A DNA stretch of 64,000 nt from NCBI RefSeq assembly GCF_902713615.1, contig NC_052157.1, positions 58,354,325 to 58,418,324 on the forward strand, read 5' to 3'. Below the pieces are notes generated by a model. The model was given only the letters and a program-made list of their open reading frames with translations, ran no database searches and was not told where the DNA came from. Every line of letters begins with the position of its first letter. The first letter of the stretch is position 1. Source of the DNA: Scyliorhinus canicula. Taxonomy: Eukaryota. The position numbers and the translations under genes are program-made. This document shows, one piece after another, positions 31,710 through 44,649 of this stretch.

Positions 31710-34700
31710 TCCACCCCCTCTGTCTCTGGTGCCCAGTGGCTGCAGTGTGGACCGTCTACAGGAATCACAAGAGGAATCTACAGAACTCCCCAATGTTTCA
31801 CAATGGAGTTAGGAGAATCCTGGACACAGGAGTGGACAAGCTCATTCTACATTGGCTCACGATCCTCAGGATCCTGTTTAGTGAAGCCTGTCTGCTACAA
31901 GACATGTCCATTGAAGTATATTCTGTGCTGATTTGCAAAGCAGGAAAGGGCAGTCGCCGGGGTGGAGGTCAGCATTGGGCGAGGAAGGGAGAGCCCACTC
32001 ATTTGTGGTTCCCCATGACATGTGTGCCACCCCCATCCTCGACCACCAGCCTTACACCCTCCCTCCAAAACACCCCCCGTCCCTCCTCCCCAACACCCCC
32101 CCCCCCCCTCCAGCATCCCCAATCTGCCCCAGCCCATGATACAATTGTGCGTCTTGTCTTGAGTCTTGCAGGAGCTGCTGGTGATGGGACGTGCTCCTCT
32201 GATATCCCCTGCCCCTGATCCCAACCATGGACAGAACCTCAGGTGCCGACCAGAGACAAGGACGGCACCGACATGGAGAGGAGCCAGTGACTCCAATCCC
32301 AGGACTTCCCAGAGTTTGTGTCCGGGAATAATACAGATTTCTCATCACAGCTGTCTCCAACACCCTTCACCATCCCCAAGGCACTCACCTTGGTAGCACA
32401 TGTTAGTGAACAGGCTACTGGGGCACTATGTGGTGCTCACCACACGTATGTTCCGGTACAGCAGGTGGAGGTAGGAACGCCCGAGGGGGCGGGCGGTTGG
32501 AGGGCGGGCCGATCCCAGGGACTAGCTACCACCCAGACGGGTTTTGGGCTTCTGGAATGGACGGTTCCATTGATTGTGGAGTTGCCGTCACAGAGCCAGG
32601 GACTATATGAGGGGTTTTTGGCGAGCATCCAGTACCTGCAGGTGCAGTTGGACGAGTCCAACTACCTGCAGGAGCAGGAGGTGGTTTCGGCCATACGTGC
32701 CACCCAAGCCATGGTTAGCGTCCATGGTGGAAACCTTGGGGTGAAGGCTTTTGCCATGGATCAATATGTCCATGGCCTGGCGCACTCTGTGCAGGGGTTG
32801 GCCAAGACCCAGGACAGGGCTGCCCTGTCACAGGCAGCCATGTTCCAGGGCCACCTGGACATTACAGCGGTGCTCCTGAGCATAGCCCAGTCACAGTGGA
32901 TCAAGGTTGAGAGTGTGGGCGTCATTGCCCAGTCGCTGGCTTACGTGGCATAGACATAGGAGGTGGCCCACTCCCAGTGGGAGATTATGCAGTCACTGGC
33001 TGATGTGGCACAGATACAGAAGGTGGTGGCACAGAGACAGCGTTATACCGCTCAGTTCCATACAGAGGTAATCCACTCCCTGTGCTCAATGACCGCGAGC
33101 ATGCAGAACCTGATGGACATAGCAGTGGGCCTCCAGGAGTGGCAGTGGCAGTTGGCGGGAAAGCCTGAGGCGTTAGCTCCGCTCACACCCCTGTCCCTTG
33201 GAGTAGCCCGGGCACCATCGGACACGCCAGAGGAGGAGGTGGTGCTCGGGCCCGTGCAGATGACTCCTGCAAGGGAGATGTTGGAACACCGCAGCACCTC
33301 TGACTCCCCGCCCTCTTGTCCCTGGCACATCACATGGGCAGTGGGAAGAATAGGGTGGCACCATGCCACCTTGGACAGAAGCCAGGCTAATCTAAGTCTG
33401 GTCACCCCCAGAAGACAGCGGCCCTAGGGGATCCAGGCCGCAGGGTGGGAATCACAGCAGGCTGCCTCTACTCCTGATGAACCATCTGGGGATTCTCCTC
33501 GGTGTCGCGTTACATCCCGTAAGGCCAGAAAATTAGGCACCAGTTAAGTTGGCAGGTGTTCAGAGTACTGTTTAGCAATAGGGGCTAGAGCATGAATCTG
33601 TACATATGTTTTCACATTAAACCCCTGTGCACAACACTGCTACCTGCCTCGGTGCTCTGTCAGAAGGGTGTGAGCGGTAGGCAGGCCGCATGGGGGCACT
33701 GGGGCGGGGGCGGGGAAGAGGGGGGTGGATGGGCAGATGTTGGCGGTGGGCTTGGCCCAGGGACCGTGGTTCAGCCAGTGCTCACCGTTCCGGTGTGATA
33801 CCACCTCCCCGCCACTGTCCCCACCTCCACCTTCAGCCCCCCCATGGATTCGATGGGACTGTGTGATGGAATGGCCAGCTCGCAAGCAGGGATCACCCAG
33901 GTGGACGGTGGAAAATGCTGCTGTGGGCAGGAGTCAGTCATTGTCAAACGAAGCGGAGCAGCAGAGCTGATCACAGAGCAGGTCGTTTTCACGCTCATGG
34001 ACCAGACCCGCTGTTATTGCCTACCCAGGACCCAAACCCTATTGTGCAGCAGGTATGTATCACGGGGGGGTTGCAGGCGGAGGGCTGACCGGGAATGCGG
34101 GGAGGAGGGGTTGTGGGGGTGGGATGTGGTGTCCATGCCTCTGGCCAGTCCCCCTTCCCCCAGTCAATGAACCTGAAGGCGATTAGTGCATCCCGTGAGC
34201 CTTGGCCCTGATGTACACATTGTGCAGCCTCCCATGCCTGCCCGGGCCCCATGTCCTGCCCATCCTCGCCTTCCCCTGCATCCTCCTCATCAGACAAGGA
34301 CTAACGTTCACCCTTATCCTCCAGCATGTCGCCCCTCTGCTGCGCAATGTTGTGGAGGACACAGCAGGTCACCACGATGAGGGAGACTCCCACCGCTATA
34401 CTGGAGGGCCCATCCAGGCCCGTCCAGGCACCCGAATTGCAACTTCTGGAGGCTGAAGCACTGCTCGATCATGTTCCTGATTGCTGTAAGGCCGTTGTTG
34501 TGACAGGTCTCTGCGTGGGTCTGTGGCCTCCAGATAAGCATCATCAGCCACGACCGCTGTGGCTAACCACTGTCGCCCCGGAGCCAATTGCCAGATGTGG
34601 GGGAGGGAGTGGGGGGGCACCACGAAGAGGCCAGGAACCGTTGAGTGTGCCAGGGTAAAGGTGTTGTGCCCTCTGTCTGGCTATCGGGCACAGGCGTCCA

Positions 34701-36397
34701 TGATGAGTATCTGATGGCCATACACCATCTGCATGTTCATCGAGTGGAACCCCTTTCGGTTTGTGAAGACTGGCCTGTCATCTGCAGGTGCTCGCAGGGG
34801 AACATGCATCCCGTCGATCACCCCCTGGACTCAGGGCATCTCGGCAACAGCGGCGAATCCTGTTGCCAGGGCATCCTGGTGGATTCGGTCCATATGGAAA
34901 TGCATGTATCGTGCCAACTGGGCATAATAGGGCCTCCATGACGGCACAGATGCAGCTGTGCACCGAGCTCGGAGAGGTCCCCACTCGTCGCCTGAAAGGA
35001 GCCGTGGTGTATACATTCAGGCCGACTGTCACCTTGACGGCCACCGGGAGTGGGTGTCCTCCCCCATTCCCCCACGGTGCCAGGTGCACCATGATCTGGC
35101 AGAAATGTCGCACTGTGTCCCTGCTCAGCCAGAGTCTTCGACGCCATGCCCGGTCCGGCAGGTCCTCGAATGACAGGCGCCGCCGGTAGACGCGAGGCCT
35201 CCTGCAGCATCTCCTTTGCAGCTCCTCCTCCTCGGCCTGTTGAGCAGCTGGTTCTCCATCCTCAGTGGTTGTCTCCTGTTCCACTGGGACAGGCTCCGCT
35301 GCTGCAGCTTCCCCCTCCTCGGCAGCTCCAGCTCGTAAAGCCTCTGTGAATCCCCCAGAGTTGCAATGACTAGGAGGAAGGCCATCATTGCTGGTTTTAT
35401 TCGAAAAACCATTGTCTGCAGGGGTGAAAGGCTGACATGTTGGCATGGTCATACTCCCATGCCCATCCAGGTCCACCAGGCTTCACAATGGCCCTGGTTG
35501 GCACCGCGAATCCTGCTCCGCACTCCTCGTCCTGTCCGTGCCCGGCACCGTTGGGACCCCTGGCCGTGGCGCCCAACCATACTGCCAGGGTACCATTGGA
35601 TGGTGCGCCCCATGCTAGCAGTATGCTCAATGCCCCTGTCCGGCACCCCCTGTAGGGGCTGATGTGGGCGTTGCCCTTTGGCCTCGGCAGCGGGTGGCGA
35701 CCGGTCGGGGGGTGGCATGGTGGAGGGTGGGGTGGGGGCTGGGGTGCAGGAGTGGTGGGGTGGGGGCTGGGGTGCAGGAGTGGTGGGATGGAGGGTGGGG
35801 GCTGGGGTGAAGGGATGGTGGGATGGGAACTCCCATATGGTTGGTGACACTCTGCAGAACCAGGGGCTGAAGTGTGTGGTCAGAGGGGTTTGCAGCAAGG
35901 TGGCTGCCTTTGCAGGCTGCGGCTATGGCGGTTCATGCCTGGACACTCCAATCCCCTGGGGGGCCAACCCAGCCCCATGGCCCAGTCTGCTGTCACCCAC
36001 CCTGAGGCACTGGCAAGCCCCCCTCCCAGCACAGCCAGCCTGGCCAGCGTCAGGGCTTGCAGCCCACAGGCGTGCATCACCGTGTCCTACCTCCTCTCTC
36101 TCACCGTGATCAGCCACAGCGCCTGTTTCCTGATTTTTATAAGCAGAAGTGAACCTTGCCACCAGGAATTCTCCCAAGTGGAGGAGGAGAATCGCGGAGG
36201 CCCCGGAGAATGCTGGATCAGACCCGCTAATGATATGAAAATGCCGTCTACCGTAGGAACGCATTGATGCTGCTGTCGAGGGACCAAGAATTGCAATTTG
36301 CCAAGAATTCGCCGTCCGCCACGATATTGCCGTCAAAGCCGATTCTCTGGCCAATCGCGTTTCCCGATTCCGGCATGGCCAACGGAGAATCCCGCCA
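31710..36397. mobile_element. PIF/Harbinger transposon copy 2 (degenerate), in gene B intron
   Basis: Accessory gene remnants (+) about 31930-33545, transposase (-), terminus GGAGAATCCCGCC at 36384-36396; left boundary approximate. Confidence 0.78.
34160..35412 (-). pseudogene. Harbinger transposase copy 2, multiply frameshifted
   Basis: RRRLWLSRDTVRHFC, PLPVAVKVTV, IRNMIEQCFSLQKLQFGCLD, RDALIAFRF. Confidence 0.85.
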
Positions 36398-37112
36398 ACA
36401 ATCTTTTGAGCTGGGGTTCCATTCTGGAATCTTCCCGTTCACCAATAGGGATCGTCACACCCTCAAGAGGAAACATTCTCTCTGTGCCCACTCGATCAAA
36501 ACCTTTGAGAATTTTGAAGGCCTCTGATAGATCACGTACCCCTCAGCCTTCTTTTCACAAGAACAAAGACCCAGCCGGCCAATCCTTTCCTGATAAAGGA
36601 CACACAGGACAGAGAAAAACAGCAACAGTCGGATTCTTTCCATCCCCTCCCCCCCTGCTCCGCCCGTCAATTCAATCCTGCTGATATTGACAGTGCCGAT
36701 GTGGAGAGGGTGTTTCCTCTTGTGGGAGAATCTGGAACTGGGGGTGGGGAGGGGGTCACTGTTTAATCACAAAGTGGTCGCTCATTTAAAACGGAGATGA
36801 GGAGAAATAGTTTCTCCCAGGGGGTCGTGAAGAAAAGGTGGTGGAAACGGAGGCCAAGTTTTCTGGCCAGCTTGCTGGGATGATCTGGTTCTGTTGACGG
36901 TGTACATGGAATGGGAATCCTCATTGTGGCTCCCACCACCATCCAATGGTGGGCTGCCTCCACTGGCAGTGAACATCCGGTGAATGGCACGGAAAATTCC
37001 GTCCATAGTCTGTGAACATTTTTAAGGCCGAAGTGGAGAGGATCTTGGGAAGCAGGAGTAGGCGATTGGTTATCGAGGGGTGGTGGGCAGGATGCAGATT
37101 TTCCACCAGGGA

Positions 37113-37460
37113 GGTGGAGGCATAGTGGTATTGTCATTGCACTAGTAATCCAGACACCCAGATTACTGCTCTGGGATCCCAGGTTCAAATCTCACCACTG
37201 CAGATGATGAAATTTGAATTCAATAAAAATCTGGTATTAAAAATCCAGTGATAACCATGAAACCATTGTTGATTGGTGTAAAAAGACATCTGGTTCACTA
37301 ATGTCCTTTAGGGAAGGAAATCTGCCAATCTTACAGGGTCTGGCCTCTGTGTGACTCCAGGCCTGCAGCAACGTGGTTGACTCGTAACTGCCCCTCAAGG
37401 GCAATTAGGGTTGGGCAATAAATGCTGGCAAAGCCCACGACGCCACGTTCCATGAATGAA
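37113..37460 (+). mobile_element. tRNA-derived SINE of a second family
   Basis: A-box-like GGCATAGTGG and B box GGTTCAAATCT; family not named with certainty. Confidence 0.55.
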
Positions 37461-38559
37461 TGAAAAAAAAAGTACCTTCAGATCAGTCATAATGGCCCTG
37501 TGTTTACATTTTCGTATGATCTACATCTAAACTCCATCTACCCGTCTTGGTTCCATAATCGTTAATCAGCGCAACCAATTCCAAGCAAATGAGCATTGGT
37601 TAGCACTGTTGCTTCACAAGGTCTCGCGTCGTTTCCCGGCTTGGGTTACTGTCTTTGCTCCGGTTTCCTCCCACAGGTCCCGAAAGACGTGCTTGTTAGT
37701 TGAATTGGACATGCTGAATTTTCCTTCAGTGTACCCAAACAGGCGCTGGAATGTGGCAACTAGAGGATTTTCACTGTAACTTAATTGCAGTGTTAATGTC
37801 AGCCTACTTGTGACACTAATACAGATTATTGTATTATTGGTATTATTATACAGCCTCCTGAAGTGCAGTGGCCAGAACCTGAATGGGTGGCCTTGTCGGG
37901 TGCTCTTTCAGAGGGTCGGTGCAGACACGATGGGCCGAATGGTCTCACTCTGTACTGTAGGGATTCTATGATTCTAGTTGCTTCAGATGCGATCCAACCA
38001 GAACTTTGTATAACCTCAGCACAACTTCCTCCCGTATTGATTCACTATTTCCTTGCCTGTCTTTTTGAAGAGTCATGTACAAGAGTGTCACCTCTGATAA
38101 AGAGTCCATTCCCACTCCTACTGATTCATATAGGAGGGGGGGGGGGGTATAGTGGTTAGCACTACTGCCTCACAGCACCTGAGCCGTGGGAAACGTGGGT
38201 TTCCTCCAATTGCTCTACGTTCTTCCCACAATCCAAAATGTTTGCAGGTTAGGTGGATGGGCCAATCTAAATTTGCCCCTTAGTGTCCAAAAGATGTGGA
38301 GCTTAAGTGGGGTTTCAGGGATAGGGTAGGGTAGTCGGCATAGATAGGGTGACTTTTTGAAGGGTCCGTGTCGACTCAATGGGATAAATGGCCTCCTTCT
38401 GCTCTGTAGGAATTCTATGGTAAATCTATTGTAATGTTTACCTCCACATTTCTGGGATCATCCTTGTAAATCTTCTCTGCACCATTTCCAAAGTCTCTAT
38501 GACCTTTTTATAGTTTGGTCTAAAGAAGGTTTGATACAGGTTTCTAATAATAATAATGT

Positions 38560-38820
38560 TTATTAGTGTCACAAGTAGGCTTACATTAACACTGCAATGA
38601 AGTGGCTGTGAAAACCCCCTCCACTGCGGCGCCTGTTCGGGTACACTGAAGGGGAATTCAGATTGTCCAAATTACCTAACAAGAACGTCTGTCAGGACTT
38701 GTGGGAGGAAACCGGAGCACCCGGAGGAAACCCAGGCAGACACGGGGAGAAAGCCAGGAAATCGAACCCGGGTTCCTGGCACTGTGAAGCAACAGTGCTA
38801 ACCACTATTATGCCGCCCAC
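38560..38820 (-). mobile_element. HE1/V-SINE-like SINE
   Basis: Reverse complement of the SINE core (GTGGGAGGAAACCGGAGCACCCGGAGGAAACCC). Confidence 0.75.
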
Positions 38821-39325
38821 AACTTCGCTCCTTTTCAATACTATCCCTCCAGAAATAAAGTCTAGTGTTTGGTTTGTTTGTTTACAGCTTTGCTAAACTG
38901 TGATGTTCATTTTAACAATGATGTGACTGTATCCAAATATCCTGATTCTTCCACCCAACCTTATTCTGAAACCCTGGTTAACCTGGACATGGTGATGTCT
39001 GAAAAGAGGAGACCCAGACAGGAGACAAGGTGAGGCAATAGCAAAAGGACCCAAAAGATGAGTCTCAGACAGGGGACAGGAAGAGGGGACAGGATACAAT
39101 CCCAAGAGAGGATCCCCAAACAGGGGACCGAGGCAGGGTACAGGTGGGGTGCTAGTCAAGTAGAAAGACGAGAAGACGAGCAGAGAAAAGAGCTCTAAGA
39201 AAAGCCCGAAGATTGAAGAAGGCAGCAGAATAGTGTTAATTCCGTGCTGTGGGCTGTTGAGACTCGATGGGACAAATGGCCTCCTTCTGCTCTGTAGGAA
39301 TTCTATGGTAAATCGCCTTTGGACA

Positions 39326-39672
39326 TAGACATAGACATAGAATTTACAGTGCAGAAGGAGGCCATTCAGCCCATTGAGTCTGCACCGGCTCTTGGAACGA
39401 GCACCCTATCAAAGCCCATACCTCCACCCTATCCCCATAACCCAGTCACCCCACCTAACACTAAGGGCAATTTGGACACTAAGGGCAATTTATCATGGCC
39501 AATCCACCTAACCTGCACATCTTTGGACTGTGGGAGGAAACCGGAGCACCCGGAGGAAACCCACGCACACACGGGGAGAACGTGCAGATTCCACACAGAC
39601 AGTGACCCAAGCCGGGAATCGAACCTGGGACCCTGGAGCTGTGAAGCATTTGTGCTAACCATTATGCTACCG
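39326..39672 (-). mobile_element. HE1/V-SINE-like SINE
   Basis: Near-complete reverse copy of 27441-27795. Confidence 0.85.
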
Positions 39673-39954
39673 TTCTGCCCTTTAAAACAACAGGTAATTC
39701 GTGCACGATAAACCCCCAATCTTAATAACAGCCATGGGAATGGCTGGAGCAGTCATATTGAGCTGAAGTTAGGCTTGTGAGCTGGTGCTTGAGTTCATAT
39801 TGGAATTCAGGAGGCCCGAGTCTTGGTAAATGAAAATGAAACCCTGTGATGCAGGCTTTCATTGAGATTGTCTGAGTGGTAGTGAATTTTAGAGAGAAAT
39901 TCATGGTCAGATCGTCGGAGGTGAAGACTGGAAGCCCTCATGAGTGAGACAGAC

Positions 39955-40283
39955 CTTAGAACATAGAACATAGAGTGCAGAAGGAGGCCATTCAGCCTAT
40001 CGAGTCTGCACCGACCCACTTCAGCCATCACTCCCGTCCTAGCTCCGTAACCCAACAACCCCTACTAACTTTTTGGATACTAAGGGCAATTGAGCATGGC
40101 CAATCCACCTAACCTGCACAGTTCTTTGGACTGTGGTAGGAAACCGGAGTACCCGGAGGAAACCCACGCAGACACGGGGAGAACATGCAGACTCCGCACA
40201 GACAATGACCCAGCGGGGAATCAAACCTGGGACCCTGGCGCTGTGAAGCCACAGTGCTGGTCACTTGTGCTACCGTGCTGCCA
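39955..40283 (-). mobile_element. HE1/V-SINE-like SINE
   Basis: Near-complete reverse copy with (ACATAGA) tail. Confidence 0.85.
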
Positions 40284-40863
40284 TTGATAAATACCTTCAA
40301 TGAGATAGGTTTACTGAAGATATTTATTAATGCCTGGGTGGATTGCCATGAGGTCCATGAGATCTGCCTTGGTCCCATTTACTGTATAATTTGAACTGTG
40401 GGTACGAGACTACAATTTGCCAATTAATTCACATGGACTTATATGTTAGAGTATAAGGTAGGTATTGTAAATTGTTTTATCCTTCTGACCCTGAATAGTA
40501 ACGTTTATTTTTGTTTGTTCAATCCCCGTGGAAATTTGGGGCTTTATTCTCTTAGCAATTGTTGTGAATCTGAAACTTGGTCAACTTTAAACAAAACTGA
40601 ACTAACTGAAACTTGCCAAACCTTTGGGGATCTGGTCGAGGATCGTGACAATCTAGACTTGAACCTTCCAAGTAATACGTTTTTAAAAAATATATCCTCT
40701 AAGGAGAGCTGGATGTATGTTTGAAAGTGATGAATTTAGACGGCTAGAGAGATAGGACTGGGGAATAGGACAAGCTACATAGCTCTTTCAGGAGATGGTT
40801 CAGCCAAGATGGGCTGACTGGCCTCCTTCTGTGCTTTTAAATTCTATGATTCTATGTGGGCAG

Positions 40864-41140
40864 TGTCTGAGGAATCTCTTTAGATCCTCATTGTCTGAGG
40901 AATCTCTTTGCAGTCTCAATGTTTCAGTCTTCTCTTCGATCCTCATTGTCCAAGGAATCTCACTCGATCCTCATTATCTAAGGAATCTCTTGGACCACCG
41001 TTGCCGAAGGAATCTTTTTGGATCCTCATTGTCCAAGATATCTCTATGGATCCTTATTATCCGATTAACCTTTCTGGATCCTCATTGTCTAACATATTTC
41101 TTTGGATCCTCACGGTCTAAGGAATCTCTTTCTATTTTCA
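40864..41140. repeat. Degenerate ~28-bp minisatellite (GATCCTCATTGTCTAAGGAATCTCTTT)
   Basis: About 10 diverged units. Confidence 0.75.
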
Positions 41141-41406
41141 TTGTCGAAGGGATTATTTCTGATCAAAACCCCACATAGTTGGACTGTTGATTCTGATGCA
41201 GCATTGGAGACTGACATGTCCCCAAACTCAGCACTGACCCCACTCCAGCAGACACTGTGAAACACACAAACAAAGTGCCTCTAGCCTGAGATCTGCGAGT
41301 GTCGGAGGTGTCTGCTTGTTGGATTATTAACCTTCACAGATTGTCTCACTGTGTTTTGTTTAAAACTGAACTGGGCCCCACACAAAATGCTGACACCAGA
41401 AACCTT

Positions 41407-42019
41407 GGCCGGGATTCTCCCCTACCCGGCGGGGCGGGGGGTCCCGGCGGGACGGAGTGGCATGAACCACTCCGGCGTCAGGCCTCCCCAAAGGTGCAGG
41501 AATTCTCCGCACCTTTAGGGGCTAGGCCCGCGCCTGACTGGCTCCCGTTCCGCCGGCCAGTGCGAGCGGCCTTTGGCGCCATGCCAGCCGGGGCCGAAAG
41601 GCTTTCGCCGGCCAGCGGAAGTCCATGCATGCGCCGGTGCGTCAGCGGCTGCTGATGTCATACCGGCACATGCGCAGGGGAGGGGGTCTCTCCCGCCTCT
41701 GCCATGGTGAAGGCCATGGCGGGGCGGAAGAAAAAGAGTGCCCCCACGGCACAGGTGGGCCCCCGATCGCGGGCCAGGCCACCGTGGAGGCACCCCACCA
41801 GCACCAGATGTGCTTCCCGCCGGCGGGAACGGCCTGTCAGCGGCGAGACTTCGGCCCATCGCAGGTCGGAGAATCGCCGCGAGGGGCCTGCCGACCAGCG
41901 CGGCGCGATTCCCGCCCCCGCCGATTCCCGGGTGGCGGAGAAATAGGGCCACGGCAGGGGCGGCATTGATGCCGGCCCCGGGCGATTCCCCGAACCCCGG
42001 GGGTCGGAGAATTCCGCCC
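41407..42019. mobile_element. Harbinger MITE, 613 bp
   Basis: TIRs GGCCGGGATTCTCC / GGAGAATTCCGCCC; 3-bp flanks CTT/CTG. Confidence 0.85.
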
Positions 42020-43006
42020 CTGTATTCTCTGTTCTTCTCAAATATCCATGATTTCAGGAGGAAACCAAAATATTGCTGAGCAAGGAACAGTGATCATCAG
42101 ATTGTAGAATTAACCAGCACACACATAGGCCATTCAGCCCATCTAGCTGTTTGAAAGATCGATCAAATTTGTCCCCACGCTCCCCTTGCTCTTTATCCCC
42201 ATAGTGCTGCTATTTTTATCCTTCAGTTATTGTACCAATTGGCCTTTTAAAAAAAAATTCAAGTACCCAATTCATCTTGTTCCAATTAAGGGGCAATTTA
42301 GCGTGACCAATCCTCCGACCCAGCACATCTTTGGCCCACGCAATCATGGGGAGACATGCGCCGTGCTGCCCTCATCCAATTGGCCTTTTGAAAGTTTCTG
42401 TTGAATCTGCTTCCAGCACCTTTCGGGCAGTGACTCAGTGGTCTCCTTCTGAGCTGCAAAGTTCAGAGATTCTGAGAAATGTAAACTTTGCAGCAGATCA
42501 AAGATAATCATGAGAACTGGAAATATTTCACACCCTTTATACACTGACTGCTCTGCCTTCCTTCTCTTTTTCAGTTATCTTTCACCTTTATTGAAGTTTC
42601 CAGCGTGTTGAGAATGGACAGGAAGTATCCTAGCAGAGTACCAGCATCAGGAGAGACATCACCCTCCAGTTTCTGTGCCAGATTCTCTACTCAAATTATC
42701 AACCCCTGTCAATGACCTACTTACAGCAACAACACAATTTAAAAATTCTCCTCTAGTGCCACAACCCTCCCTATCTCTGTAATCTCCTCCAGTCCCTACA
42801 ACTCTCTGAGATCTCTGTTCTCCTCCAATTCTGCTGTCGGATAGGGAATCAGTGTAAACAAGTGACCAAAGGGGTGATGGGTGAATGGGACTTAGTGTGG
42901 GTTTGTCCACTGGGTCACTGCTGTATTGGTTCCCAATCAGAGCTCAAGAATGATCTTTTACAAAGAATATTAACCATAAATCTGACCAAGCTGATGATGG
43001 TATTAC

Positions 43007-43046
43007 CTTGAAGAAGTGACATGAGGAAGTAAGATTTCCCGATCAT
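43007..43046 (-). CDS. Siglec-like gene B leader (signal peptide) exon
   Basis: ATG at 43046: MIGKSYFLMSLLQ+G|GTAATA, phase 1, joins V exon to give ...LLQVGLSQEWKG; acceptor CTGCAG just upstream. Confidence 0.75.
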
Positions 43047-43487
43047 TGTCCACCTGCAGATATTTCATCAGCTTCTCACTCTCAAGCTCTGGAAGAGAAA
43101 GGAGTTAATGAGACCTCACCTCTTGTCTGACAGCTCTCGAGAGATCAGAGCTGCTTTCCGACAATGTCTTCACAGACTAATTTGATCCTGTGTGGGATGA
43201 TAGGTGCTCAGCCGAGAGTTACAATGCTTTAAGAAAGAAAAACAATGAAGGACCTACATTTCTATAGAGTCTTTCACAGCCTCAGGATGTCTGAAAGCTG
43301 ACTCTGCAAGTCACTAGTCCCTTGAAAAGAAAGAAGTACTGTTTGACAGACCTGAGCCTCACATCTTGTTGAAATAAGTAGAAATCTTTCAAAGGCATCT
43401 TTCATTGGAATCTGTCGTTATAAAGTCGCAACTTCAACAAAGAACAACGCTGTTCGTGGAAGTCAATCCAATCGTTACATTACTTAC

Positions 43488-43610
43488 CTAGGACCTGCTC
43501 GACTGCCAACTCGCTGTTCAAGGGCTGAATGAGCTCTTCCTGTGCTGCTCCCTTTGTGTGTTTAATTAGAAAGAGTTGATGTGTGACTGTGAGTCAAAAT
43601 GAGGAAGTTG
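43488..43610 (-). promoter_or_regulatory. Candidate non-coding first exon and promoter of gene B
   Basis: Donor TAG|GTAAGT at 43488/43487; AP-1 TGAGTCA 43590-43596; PU.1/ETS-like AAAATGAGGAAGTT 43596-43609. Confidence 0.5.
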
Positions 43611-44100
43611 GGTCAAAGTGAGAAAACAGCACTTTGCTTTGCCCTATCAGCAAACCCTGTGGCTCAATAACAATATAACAATATAATGGGATCAGGGGAT
43701 GGCCATTCAGCCCCTCGGGTCTGCTCTGCTATTCTATAAGACCCTGGCTGGTCTGACTGTGGCCGTAACTCGATTTGGGTTTATTGTCGCGTGTACCAAA
43801 GTACAATGAAAACTATTGTTCTTTTACTCCACTCTTCTACCAGCCCCTCATCCCTAATCACTCAAAGGTTCACCTCAGCCTTGAATATACTCAGTGAGCC
43901 GCAGCCTCTGCTGCTTTCTGTGAGAGATAATTCCACAGACTAACAACCCTGTGGGATAAAAATAAATCCTCCTCATCTCTAGCTTCTCCTACAGGGGAAA
44001 CATCCTTTCAGCATCCACCCTGCCAAGACACTTCAAATTCTTATATGTTTCAATAAGATCACCTCTCATTCTTCTAAACTCCAGTGAGTACAGATACAAA

Positions 44101-44648
44101 TTCTCCTTACTTGAGAAAGGACGTACTGGCGCTGGAGGGTGTGCAGAGGAGATTCACTAGGTTAATCCCAGAGCTGAAGGGGTTGGATTACAAGGAGAGG
44201 TTGAGTAGACTGGGACTGTACTCGTTGGAATTTAGAAGGATGAGGGGGGATCTTATAGAAACATTTAAAATTATGAAGGGAATAGATAGGATAGATGCGG
44301 GCAGGTTGTTTCCACTGGCGGGTGATAGCAGAACTAGGGGACATAGCCTCAAAATAAGGGGAAGTAGATTGAGGACTGAATTTAGGAGGAACTTCTTCAC
44401 CCAAAGGGTTGTGAATCTATGGAATTCCTTGCCCAGTGAAGCAGTTGAGGCTCCTTCATTACATGTTTTTAAGGAAAAGATAGATAGTTTTTTGAAGAAT
44501 AAAGGGATTAAGGGTTATGGTGTTCGGGCCGGAAAGTGGAGCTGAGTCCACAAAAGATCAGCCATGATCTAATTGAATGGCGGAGCAGGCTCGAGGGGCC
44601 AGATGGCCTACTCCTGCTCCTAGTTCTTATGTTCTTATGTTCTTATGT
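44101..44648 (+). mobile_element. Young 5'-truncated CR1 LINE
   Basis: Nearly identical to 49661-50210 (reverse); (GTTCTTAT)n tail. Confidence 0.92.
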
Positions 44649-44649
44649 A

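Noticed and set aside
38893-39230. Purine-rich stretch with an 88-aa minus ORF as an extra receptor exon
   Set aside because: No Ig, TM or signalling motif and no convincing splice pair; left unassigned.
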